A stretch of 34,378 nt of DNA from positions 1-34,378 of the forward strand of contig JAYQBP010000004.1 in NCBI GenBank assembly GCA_038137385.1. The letters run 5' to 3'. The translations under genes and the position numbers were made by a program. Below the pieces are notes generated by a model. It saw nothing but the letters and a program-made list of their open reading frames with translations, was not told where the DNA came from and searched no databases. Within the stretch, counting starts at the first letter, position 1; every line of letters starts with the position of its first letter. Positions 19,501 to 31,500 of the stretch are shown here, in pieces. Source of the DNA: Opitutales bacterium. Lineage in GTDB: Bacteria; Verrucomicrobiota; Verrucomicrobiia; Opitutales; Seribacteraceae.

Positions 19501-22500
19501 AATGGTAAAGTAGCCACTCGGGGTGCTCATGAATGAGTCTGCCCAGTTTCCAGCCCATGATTTAACAGATCCTGATACATTGAGTGCAAGTAAACTCCGT
19601 TGCTGATTATTGATCACACCGTCAAAGAGATAGTCTCTTCCGGTTCCACCCGTAGTTTTGGCAACCATGAAGATAGAGTAAGGTTGATTTAAACTGAGGG
19701 AGGTGTTGGTCAGGTAGTCACTTGATCCGTCAAAAATGATGGTAGGCAACCCTTGTAAGCTTGCAGAGCTATGTGTAGGTTGGTTTTGAGTATTATCTTG
19801 AGTGGCATGTAAGTCATTGCCGCTCTTGTCTTTCCAAGTTGAGATTGGCTGGTTACTTGGAGTATCAGGTATGCCATTCGCATCTACATCGACTGCATCT
19901 AGCCACAGAATAGGTGCGTAAACCGAAGGTTCTTTGCGATAAATGGGTGAAGTTTCAACAGCTTCTCCATCGATGTAAATGGAAGTGTCGGCTAGGTACT
20001 TTGAGCCAGATGGAAAACATACAACCAAATTATGCCACAATGAATCATTGATTGTTTGGTCTGTCATCAAGGCTACATCGGTGTCAATTTGCAAAAGAAC
20101 TTTACCTTTATTCATGCCAACTGACCAAGATGTGCCGCTTTCATTACCTCCCCAACTTATGATTTCATTAGATTCATCCTGCGTCTGAACCCACAGAGAG
20201 AGGGTTCTGGCATAATTCCCGGAAATACCTTTGTAGCCAGAAATGACTAATTTTTCTGCCTCATTGCCGGTGAAGGGGAGGCCTAATCCCTTGAATGCAA
20301 AAGTTCTCGCTTCAGCCGATAAACCAATAAGGTCGCCATGATGATTTCCTGCAGAATCGATAACTTTATCTCCTTCAATTTCATCAAAACTCCACCAGGA
20401 AGAGAGTCCGTCCTTGGTGGGCTGACTCCATATTTGGTCCATAACTGAATTACTTCCCATCCACCTGTAATAGTAAGTTTGGTTCCCAGTTAAAGATTGT
20501 ATGTAGTGGGATACCCGACCATCGGTATGGGTGTGGTTTATTGTATCATTGTAATCCCATAAACCTGGGTTTTCTCCCCCATCGTTATCTCCCCAAAATA
20601 GAGTCATTTGCAGGGGTTCACCTCCGTCGGATATAATTTGGGAAAACGCTTGGGCATTCGATGAGCTAATGTTTTTGGGCTTAGCACTTTCGATTTCGGG
20701 CTTTGATTTTAAGATAATTAATCGAGCATTCTTTTTGGTAGAACCTGCTCGGTTAGTCGCAGTTATGTTTAAATCAAATGTGCCTATCTCTTGGGGCAAT
20801 CCCGTTACCTCAAGAGTATCTAAGTCTAAAGAGAGCCCTTGGGGTAACCCTGTAATCAGGAGTTCGTCAATGTCTTCACTGGTTTGAAAAGCAAACTGAA
20901 AATTCACAGTTTCCATAATCCAATCTTCTGCAGTGGAAATGGAGGCGATTTCATTGGCACTCAATGAATCATCATAAATTCTGAAATCATCCAGTTTTCC
21001 ACGAAGGTAGGAGTTAGTGTTGTTGGCACGCCCTAAAATTACTGGATCCTGATCACCGGTTGAGATAGTGGATCTCGTTTCTGAGGCCACTAGTTGCCCA
21101 TTGAGGTAGATCAAAATATTGGCACCATCGTAAGCGTGAGCTATATGATTCCAGTTATTCCTTAGTTCAACATCGTGAGAAACTTGAAAATTCCATCCAT
21201 AGTGGTCACTGACAAAAGAGGAAAAATTATCCTGTCCAATACTTCGAATACTCCAGTAGCGATCTGTTTGACCCAAATTAGCCAGTTCGCCAAAACCATA
21301 TGGACCTGCCTGTTCACTGGGCTGGAAAGTATCTAACCAGATCCAAAAAGAGAGGGTTCTGGGATTCTTGGCTCCGATTCCGAGAGCTTTTGCGGAGGCA
21401 TCGGTTCGGGCATGACCACTTTGGCCATCAAATTCAACCGCCCCATCAATTCTGCCTACCACTCTTTTGAATCCACCACTGAGGTTTGCATGGTGGTCGC
21501 CCTCTAAATCATAAAGGGTAAACCCTTGTTCTTCATCCATAGGCCAATAGCCCCTGAGGTTTTCCGGCCGGGTTAATACTTGTGTGCGAGTAAATTGTTC
21601 TTTTGCTTGGCGGATGGACAGGTAATGAATCGGATTGATCTCAATGGTCGGCGGACGGACTTCGATAATGTTTCCACCTCCAGACTCAATGTTGCCCTGT
21701 TCCACCTCGCCCGAAGAAGCAAAGAGGACTTGTCCGCCACCCGCCCCTTGGTTGCCCCCAACTACGCGAATCATGCCGCGGTTATAAATATTTTGTCCCA
21801 ACAGCTGTATGGCTCCGCCGGAACCTCCTCCACCAGCTAGATCAATATTCTGGTTGGTTCGACCATTTCCACCCGAAGCACTGATTAAAGAACCATTTGC
21901 AATGATGATATCCCCATCGGCCTCGATTCGCAGGGCTCCTCCACCAGCACCAGACCCTTGAAAAAGACGACCGCTGGAACCACTGCTTCCCGGCATCAGA
22001 TTCACGCCATCTTCATTATAATTGTAGCTGGCTCCAACGCCTGCTCCAGTATGAGAGGGGCCGCTCCCTGGGCCGTTGCCTTTTAAATTTTCTGCACTCA
22101 CTCCATGCCAGGGGTTGAGTGCCCCCATCCCTCCATACCCTGAAAGGGAGGAGGCGTCCCCACCATCGAGGATAAAGTCGGCCGCGGTATAAAAATTTCC
22201 CCCGGCAATTGTTTTTATAATAAGGGGTTTATCACCAATAAGGTTCACTTCAACATCCGCCCCAATTTTTACTGACCCGAAGGTAAAAGTACATACCGGT
22301 ATATTCCAGATATTGCCCATTCCATCAATGTAGGAAGGGGTTGTGATCACACCGGTTCCGTGAGCCCCTCCTTCGATCGAAAAATATCCTGTTTGGGTGT
22401 TAAAAGTAATCCTGCCTTCATCCAAATCGATTACTGACGCAAAGTAATTTCCTCCAATATAGACAGATCCCTCGCTACTGAGCCACTCGCCCGATACATC

Positions 22501-25500
22501 CACCTTGCCCATAGTGACTTTTTCGTTGGCGTGTAAAGCGACTCTTCCCCCTCCAGAACCCCGAGTTTGATTTGTCCCGTCAAGTTGAATGCCTTGCCCG
22601 GATTTAGCCTCGATGAATCCAAGGTTGAGGATGGTTTGCGCTTCTAACTTAATCGCCCCACCACTGCCAGAGGCTGAGGATCTTATTCCATCGCCTCCAT
22701 TGGCAGTGAGGTAAACATTTGGCTCGATTTGCATATGCCCGGCAGCTTTTAAATAAACCGCTCCTCCGCCTGCCCCTGATCCATCGTTGGTCGACGACCC
22801 CCCGGAACTACCCCCAATTAAGTCAAAAATCTGGGCACTTCCGTACAAACTGGATCCCTCTGAACCATGCCCTCCATAACTCGCACCGTGTCCATGTTCA
22901 GATATTTCTTTGGAACTACCCGGTCCTTTTCCTATAAGCATTCCAGGAAGGACTCCGTCATAGCCTCCTAAAATAGCTGAGCCTCCTCTACTCTGGATTA
23001 CATCAGGCGATCCACCATTGGCATGTAGGTCGGAACCAAGAGTGAAGTCACCGGAAGCGGCTTCAAGCCAAAGGGCACTATTCCCTTTAGTTTCAATGAC
23101 CAAACTTCCTCCCAATTGAATCTCTTCAAAGATAAATTTACAAACTGAATAAGACCAGAGGGTTCCATCATCATGTCGATAAGATTGATCTTCAATAATT
23201 CCGTAGTAGATATCACCGTTACTATGTTCGATGATTCCTTTGGAAGTATCTATGAGTAGAGTGCCGGAAAAATGAATCAAATCAGACTGAATAATTGGTT
23301 GGTCAAACCGAACACTACCATCAGTTCCAGAAGTGGTTCCTTCGCCCCCATCGGCAATTAAGTTGTCTTCTCCATGGTTCACGAAACTCTCGATGCCACT
23401 TAAAAAGATTCTACCGCCACCGCCACCGCTTCCTCCCCCCGAAACATCGAGGATACTGTTTTCAGAGAGAATTAAGGTGTTTGCAGACAATTTGATCGCA
23501 CCCCCTGATCCACCACCACTGCCAATGGCACCTGTTCCACCCACGGCTATTATTGGGGAGTCAACTTTGAGGGTGCCGGCTGCATCAACTGATAGGGCAC
23601 CTGCACCCGCACCCCCAGAAGAATCCACTAAGTAGCCACCGCCCCCACTTCCTCCAATGAGATTGGAAATTTTTCCGTCGCCGTATGGCTTGCCGGAATT
23701 GAGTGTGGAGCCAGCCCCGGCCCCACCATAGCCTCCACCTCCCGGAGAAACCCCGGAAAGTCCTCCTCCTGGCCCGAGACCGCGCTCATTTACTTTTCCT
23801 CCAGCAAATCCTCCAGGTCCGGCATTGCCAGGAGTTTCTCCGCCTCCGTTGGCCCCATTAAGGATTAAGGGAACCGCGATTAACGCATCCTTAGACACTT
23901 GGATATCCAAGGATGCTTGTCCGGTGATCACTACCTCCAAACTGCCGGCCAAACTTAATTGATCGAAGTTAAATGTACAAATTTTGTAAGGGTAAGCATT
24001 CCCCAATTCATCCATGTAAGTGCGATCGCTTACCTCACCAAATCGTTTGTCTCCGTTCGAGTGCTCCCAAGTAGCTAAGGAAGTATTGATGAACAATTTT
24101 CCCGAATCGTAAGCAACTTTATCTTCAGCGACAAAGACCTTGCTTTCCTCTGCCCAGACTCCTCCACCAGAGTTAGATGCAAAGGTGCGATAGAAATAAG
24201 TTTCATCGGAAGCTAAGCTCGAAATATCAGTTTGATATAAGCCATCATCATATACCCAGAATTCAACTTCTCCCCACTGGTGCCCCCATCCTTGAAACTT
24301 AGGGCTTAACCGAATGGCTTGGGTGCTAATACCTTCTAGGGAAAACTCTACAAACTTTCCTCGCTCAATAGGCCCAACAAAGTCAGCCACTGTTTCGTGA
24401 TGAAGGAAATTCATTTCATCGTCAGCGATGTAGACATCGATTTCTTTGAGCTCATCATCCCGAGCAAAAGGTTGATAGTAAACACGGATCTTACTTAAAG
24501 GCCATTCCCGACCCAGATTGAAAGTAAGTTGTGGGTTTACTCCGTACCATGCAGTCCAGGTAGATCGCCATCCGTCTTTTGGCAGTAGGCCATCGATCAG
24601 CTTGGAAGCCGGGTAAGTAGTGCCTTTATCATTGGGTTCGGGATCACTTTTAACCACCACTTCCGTACTTTTTAATTTTCTCAGGCCAACACTTACAGAT
24701 CCAATATCAACTTTATTTTCCCATAATTCTGAGTTGGTTTCCCCATCATTACTTCCCCAGTAAATGGTCAGGTTTGCAGATGGGTCACTCGGTACAGGGT
24801 CATTGTAACGATAAGGATGGGATAGGGTGAGGGTATCCTCAATTCCCCACTTATGAGCCAGGTAACCCTCGACCAACCTGACAAACTGAGTGGGTAATGG
24901 CTCATTGTAAATTAATAGTTCGGCAAAAGTTCCTCTCCAATAAGTTTCATTATTTCGATCTCTTGAAAAGTTAGATGCCCGAACCAAACCATTGCTGACG
25001 ATACTGGTAATGTTCATGGAACCGGTTCCGTAGTCTTGACCCAGTCCATCTCTCCAATTGCCATTCTCTCGAATGGTACCGTTGATATGGTTTGGGTCTG
25101 TCCAACTCTTATTCCATATCGTAGTAGGTCCAGTTTGAACGGCGTATCCATACTCATGCCCCAAAATAAAACCACGACTGCCGGGCTTTCTCTCAGCAAC
25201 CAAAAAGACCGACCGGATGGCGCTGATTGAAGTGTCAAAGTTCAATACATCGCTGTTACCATCAAATTGAAGGATGGGTAAATCGTTGAGTGCATTTTGC
25301 AAATATCCCGGCTGTCGGGTTGGATCACTCTGGGTTGCATGGTTGGCGTTGCCTGATTGGTCATCTAAACCAGTAAGTGGAACAGGTGGTGTGTAGGTAG
25401 CGTTGAAATCATTTTTGAATGGATGATCATCGGAAAGGGCACTGTTTAATCCCCATTTGTGGGCCAGATAGCCCTCTATTTTCTGTCGAATCTCGTCACT

Positions 25501-28500
25501 GGATCCATTGACTAAAATCAATTCACCTATACTGCCGGAGTAGGGAAGGATTCCCCCTCCAGAGTCAAAGCCTGCACCGATAAACATGGAGGCTCCAGTA
25601 TCACTTGGAATACCCAATTCATTTTCCTGATCCGATTGAATCTTTTCGTGACCATTCAAAAAGAATCTCGAAGAATTATAATCCGAGCCAGCTGTTCTTA
25701 CCCAAGTTTGAATGCTAGTTTGACTCTTGGGTGGTTCCTCAAAGTTAATCAAGCCGTCATTAAATCTCCAGCTTCCTCCTGCACCGGCTAAGATGCGATT
25801 CCGGCTTTTTGAGCCAAGTTGAAAGACCCGGTTTACACTGAGCCATTCATTCGATTCTGGAACACCGAGCAGTTCAATTTCAGCAATTTGCATTTCATCA
25901 GATGAATTGAAGTCCACCACCGAGGGGAAAGTGAGTTTATAAGTAAGATAACTTTCATTGTTTTCAATTGCGATTTGCTTCCGCTGCCCCCTGTCCGTGA
26001 ATGCTGGTACAGCCCCATCGGCAATAACCGTAAAACTGGCCCCATTATCATTGGAGCCCTCCAGTATGAAGCTGGCGGGGTCACGGGCGGGCATATCATT
26101 AGCGGATGTAAATGATAATCCGTTAACCACTCCGGAAACCTGAACATCGATGATCAGTCCAGAATTATTTACATCGTAATTTAAGTATTTGGTCGTTGGG
26201 TCGTTATCGATTGCTTTTTCCGCATTTTGAGTACCCGGAGACCCACCCGTAAAAGAGGAGACTTGATCTTGTGGGTGGCTAAGGTCGATCCCACTTAAGC
26301 CAGGCTCGGTGACAGCAAAAACCATCAGCTCAGGGTTTCTATTCAATCCGAACCGAGAGTCGATCTCCAAATAATGCTCAATGCCATCAAAGCGAACAGC
26401 AGGCAGACCATTAATCACATTTTCAATATTTTCTTGAACAAATATATTCCCATTCGCCGAATCTTTCCATTCCCTTACAAAATTAGAAATGATGGAGGAT
26501 GAATCATTGGCATCAAACCAAGCTTGTAGGGAGGATTCATTTTCAGGGGACCAATCCGTCGGGGGTGAATCCACATAGGTATGGCTACCCGGTAAGTTAT
26601 ATTCCATTCCCCACTTGTGAGCTAGGTACCCTTCCACTTTTTCCCTAACCGAATTGCTGAGCACTTGATTGAATCCAATGAACTCTCCAATCTCACCCGT
26701 GGTAAATTCACTCTTGGATTGCCAGCCTCCAAATTGCAGCTGCTTGGGCATGTAGTAATTTACATTATTGCTTGCCCCATTCGTATTCTGAGTATTCTCA
26801 ATGAAATCCAACCAGGAAGTGGCGGTATCCGAGGAATTGATACTCGCCGTTAGTATGTGGAAGTTTGTATCGGATGAAACACCAGAATTCTTGACCCATC
26901 CGTTAAAGTACTGCTTGCCCACTCCAGTCCAATGAAAACCAAAAAGCCAGTTATTATTGGTTCTATCCGAAATTAGTCGCATCTTTTTCCACCATTCATT
27001 GGCTGCATAGCGGGCCACAGCAATCATCGTGAACGACCCCGTAGATTTATCCCATCGCTTTTCAGAGTAAAGAGAGTCCCCGCCGTCATTACGATTGCCT
27101 TCAAAGCGAATCACTTTGAGAGTTGAGTCTTCGATGTATTCGACTCTTTTAGGATTTCCCTGGGCGATCATGTCATAACCATTTCCACTTTTATCGAACC
27201 AACCCGGTACATCCTCCTCACTCAAAAGAATCATTGATGAATCATTGGCATCAAGTTGCAGAACGACTTCCTGCAATACTTTCGGGCTCCATGGTTGTGC
27301 AGAGACCGAACTTTCCGAGTCGTAATGAGCCCCTTCAGAGGCATCTAACCAAAGCTGCAAACCGGGGTAGTCATTGGGCGAAAAAATTCCCCCAGTCAAA
27401 TTCCCGATGCCTGGGTTAACCAATTGACCGGTGAGAGTCGCGGAGTTTTGTCTTAAGTTTGCCGGTTCCCGGTTGATTGCAATCGGTGCATTGGTTCGTC
27501 CCGTCGTACCCACAGGCGTGACTCCTTGAGTTATAATTTCTCCAAAGCTTGGAGCCTGAGATGACCAAGGATGTATTGAAGGTAATTTTATGCCCCACTT
27601 ATGAGCCAGGTAACCTTCAATGAGTAAACGGTATTCCTCAGGGTTTTCGCCCAAAAAGAGCATGAATTCACCCACCTGACAGTCCGATTTTTCTCTTCCA
27701 TTTAACCATGCACCAAAAGAAATTTTTCGGGGTCCGGCTCCGTTATGGCTTGAGCCCTTGGGATTGCCCTGATAATAATTGCCCGCAACCCCATCATTCC
27801 AAACACGGGTGGTAGGGTCTGAACTTTCCGTGTATGCTTGGTGGGAAAGCTCAAAAATATGAAAATCAAGGTCCGCTTCAAAGCCTTTATCTACCCATCC
27901 ATGAAAGTAATAGGTTCCAAGTCGATTATTCCAGGCCCCCATTAACCAGTTGGACCATGGGCCTTCTCCGGAGGTGAATATTCTTCCATTTCGGCCACCG
28001 GTATAACGGCCGACAGCAAAGGCAGCATAACCTTTCTTGGTCCATTCGTTCGTATTTGTATTCCATCTGCCAGCTTTATCCCAAAAGTCATAGTCGTTGA
28101 CCAACCAGTCGTCTCCATCAAACTCCACCACCGGTCTGCCCTCATGCCCATCAAGGACAATTTGTGGAGTTCCACTTCCGCTGCCAACTGCTAGGTGTTT
28201 TTTCTGGGCATCGTCAGGATCATCCTCACGGGCTTTATTCTTCCAGAACTCTACTGGAGTTCCGTCGTTAGGTAGGGGAAGTTCATAGTCATTACTACCG
28301 GTATGATCGACTGCATCGTACCATAAGGTTAAGGTGTAGGGCAGATCATTCAAACTCGCTTGCCGGTTAATAAAAAACTCTTTTCCTGTCCAAGAACTAC
28401 CCACAATATTTTCAGCGTAAATTCTGACATAATAACGTTGATCAGCATCGAGACCTCCCAAAACGGTACTGCCAGGACCAAAACCCTGTTTGCCAAGACT

Positions 28501-31500
28501 CTTTCTGTATTTCCAAGCGTAGAGGTCCGTTCCATGATCCATTGTATCTGCAAGAATAAAAACTTCCGGATCATCCCCACCGGTGGCATTCACTTCATAC
28601 TCAATCCCCAAAGATGTGGTGTTGTCGCTAATTACATTGTTGAGAAGAACTTGGGGCAGACCAGGTTCGATATTGAGGGTAACGGTTTCCGTGGCAGTTG
28701 AATAATCCAAGTAAATTGCTCGGATCTCCGCTTGGTAAATTCCGGCTCGGACCGGTGTCCCAGAGAGGTTGCCATCGGTTGGGTCGATGGTTATGCCTCC
28801 GGGTAGACCATTGGCAAGAAAAGCCACCGGCGAACCAGTTGCAGTCATGATTTCCTCGAAATAAGTTTCAGCATTGAGAGTGAATTCCGATGCCGAGGTG
28901 AAAGCATTTTCCCCAGTCAATGATCCGACCTGAGGGAAAGAGTATTGACCGGATTGGTTTTGGTAGCATGCCTCAAACCAACCGGTGGATCTGATTTTGG
29001 AACTCAATCTTATTTCGTCGATGGAGAAGGGTACCGAGCTTAACCCAAACTTCCAGTCCGCGGCTAGAAGGTCGGAATTACTGGAAGGAGAGAATGATTG
29101 CTGGGCAATCGATTGCCCGTTAAGAAAGATTTCCTGGGTGCCAGCAGTGTGATTGATTTGAGAGGCAATCAAGGCCCACTCGTCGGATGGAAAGCTCGTG
29201 TCACCTTCCAGGGAGGTAGGGGTTGGGGATAGGCGATGCACTTGCAAAGGTTTCATGCTTTGCAGGTCTAACCTCTCCGTAGACCCAAACTGATAGAAAG
29301 TAAATGGACTGATACGGTCCGATAAGTTTCCATCAAATGTGAGGTGGAAATGTTTGAACTGACCAGGATCTTGCGGGTCTAGAGTCGTCCAGTCGTTCCA
29401 CCCACCATCTGGTGAGCGGGATTGAAAGTTTAATGATGAAGCAGATACCCCATCCGGAACACCGTGAGCCAACATTAAATTATAGGGAAGTTCAGCAACG
29501 AGTTGAACCGGGGATGATGTTTTTAAATCAGTCCGACAAATTCTTTCCCCGTTAGAAAAATTACCATCGCGATCTAGATCTATCCATATAGAAAGAAAAT
29601 CGTCGCTTCCCGTAAGGGCACGGAATTCGTAGTCTCCAGTTTCTGGGGGAGTGAAACGAGTCAATAAACCCGTGATAAATCCACTTGTCCGGCTAACTCC
29701 AAGGTTAAGCACTTTTAAATCATCAACAGAATTAAAAACAAAACCAGTCTCATAGGGGCCGGTTTTAAGAATGGCAGAACCGGTAGGGTCTAAGGAATTG
29801 AACCGGGAAGGATCATCAAAAATTGCATGAGTTGGACTTTCATCAAAGCCTAAAACAAAAACCGCATCATTGGTTCTCTCCTCAGGTAGACGGTCCAATC
29901 GAACCCAACTGGAAAAAGAATAAACCTGATCACTTAAGTTTTTCAGGGATTCAGTATCGGGTGCTCGAATGAGTTCGCCGGATTCTCCAAAGAATGATCT
30001 TCCTGATCCCAGTATAGAATGAGAAAGGTTTTTCCCAAAAGGATCCGTCAGGTGGTTCCGGTTTGCCGTCGAATCGGTTAATTTCGAAGATCCGATTACA
30101 GGTCTCAGGTGCCATACACCTTCAAATCCATCGGTCCAGACTTCACCATTGATGGAGTAACCTGCGGGGTATTGGGATAGTGCATGGTTGCCCCAGCAGG
30201 CAAAGAATGAAGTAGCGGTAGTAAGTTCAGGGATTTTTACCCACGCGACTAGTTGATTATTGGCAAGGTCAAAGGTTTCCAATTCATGAACCAGTTCTTT
30301 ACCGTTCACATCAAAAAATCGTAAATCGTATCCATGATCCGAGGAGAATAATCGAAGACTAAATCCATCAATGGATGAATTGAGTTCAACTTTGAGCGGG
30401 AAGTTATAAAGGGTCTCAGAACCCGCATAATTTTCGCAACTTATAAGGACTTGTTGTGCGAAATCACTTTTTTCGCTGATTTGAACCTGAATTGTTTCAA
30501 TCTTTTTACCAAAGTTATTTTCAGCTATTACGGTAATGGTGTATAAGCCACCCTTTACTGGTGTGCCGCTAATTTCACCGGATGCCCCGTTGATTGTAAG
30601 GCCAGCTGGTAAGCCGACTGCGGAATAAGTAACTTCACTTGGGTAGGTTTGAATAAAAAAGGAGAAATTTTGATCGGTAAAACCTTCGGCTCTTTGATTG
30701 GGGAAAAAGAAAGGTGGACCTTTGACTTGTGAGTGAGAGAAGAAGGGGGTAGCATCGGGTTTTAAGTTTTCATAAATGGTGGCAATTCTCTCCTCGGATT
30801 CGAGTTGAGCACTCATTCGAATCTCAACGACGATACCAGTCCATGCTTCTTCCCCCGTAGTTGTGGAACCTATTCTAAATGCCTCAACTGCCGCACCGAA
30901 GGGTCGACTTATCCCGTTTTGCGATAAAACAAGACTGCCATCCCGGAAGACTTTTGATTTTCCAGTTACATGATCCACTTGGAACACCCAATAGGTCCAT
31001 GTGTTATTAAAATTATTAATTGCAAGGGAGGCATCATCGAGAGACCCACTTCCAGTCATCCAATGAAATGCACCATCACTTCCTGGTAGCCTGAGTTGAA
31101 TGTGTGATCCCAGGTTTGATGTTGAATGAATTAAAGTAAGGTCTTTGAGATCTTCATTTTCATTGTAGGACCAAAAGGAGAAACTGGCTTGTTGGCTTCC
31201 AGTGGGTGGGTGAGCCGAAGTGGGTATTTCGATGAAATCATCTACCCCATCAAAGCGTTTGGCTAGGCCAGCCACACCGGGCACTGATAAATGTTCGAAG
31301 TTTTTGGGTTTAGCATGAAAACTGGCCGCTGAATCACGAATGAGATCAAGATCGTCATGGTCCAATCTCCAAACGGCTCGATAATCTTTCCATACCGATC
31401 CGTTTTTTGTGTAAGCAGGCGGGCTTGATACAGCTGGATTTCCCCATTTAGCGAGAATGGACATATTACTTTCCAATGCAGGTAACAGAATCCAAAAAGA

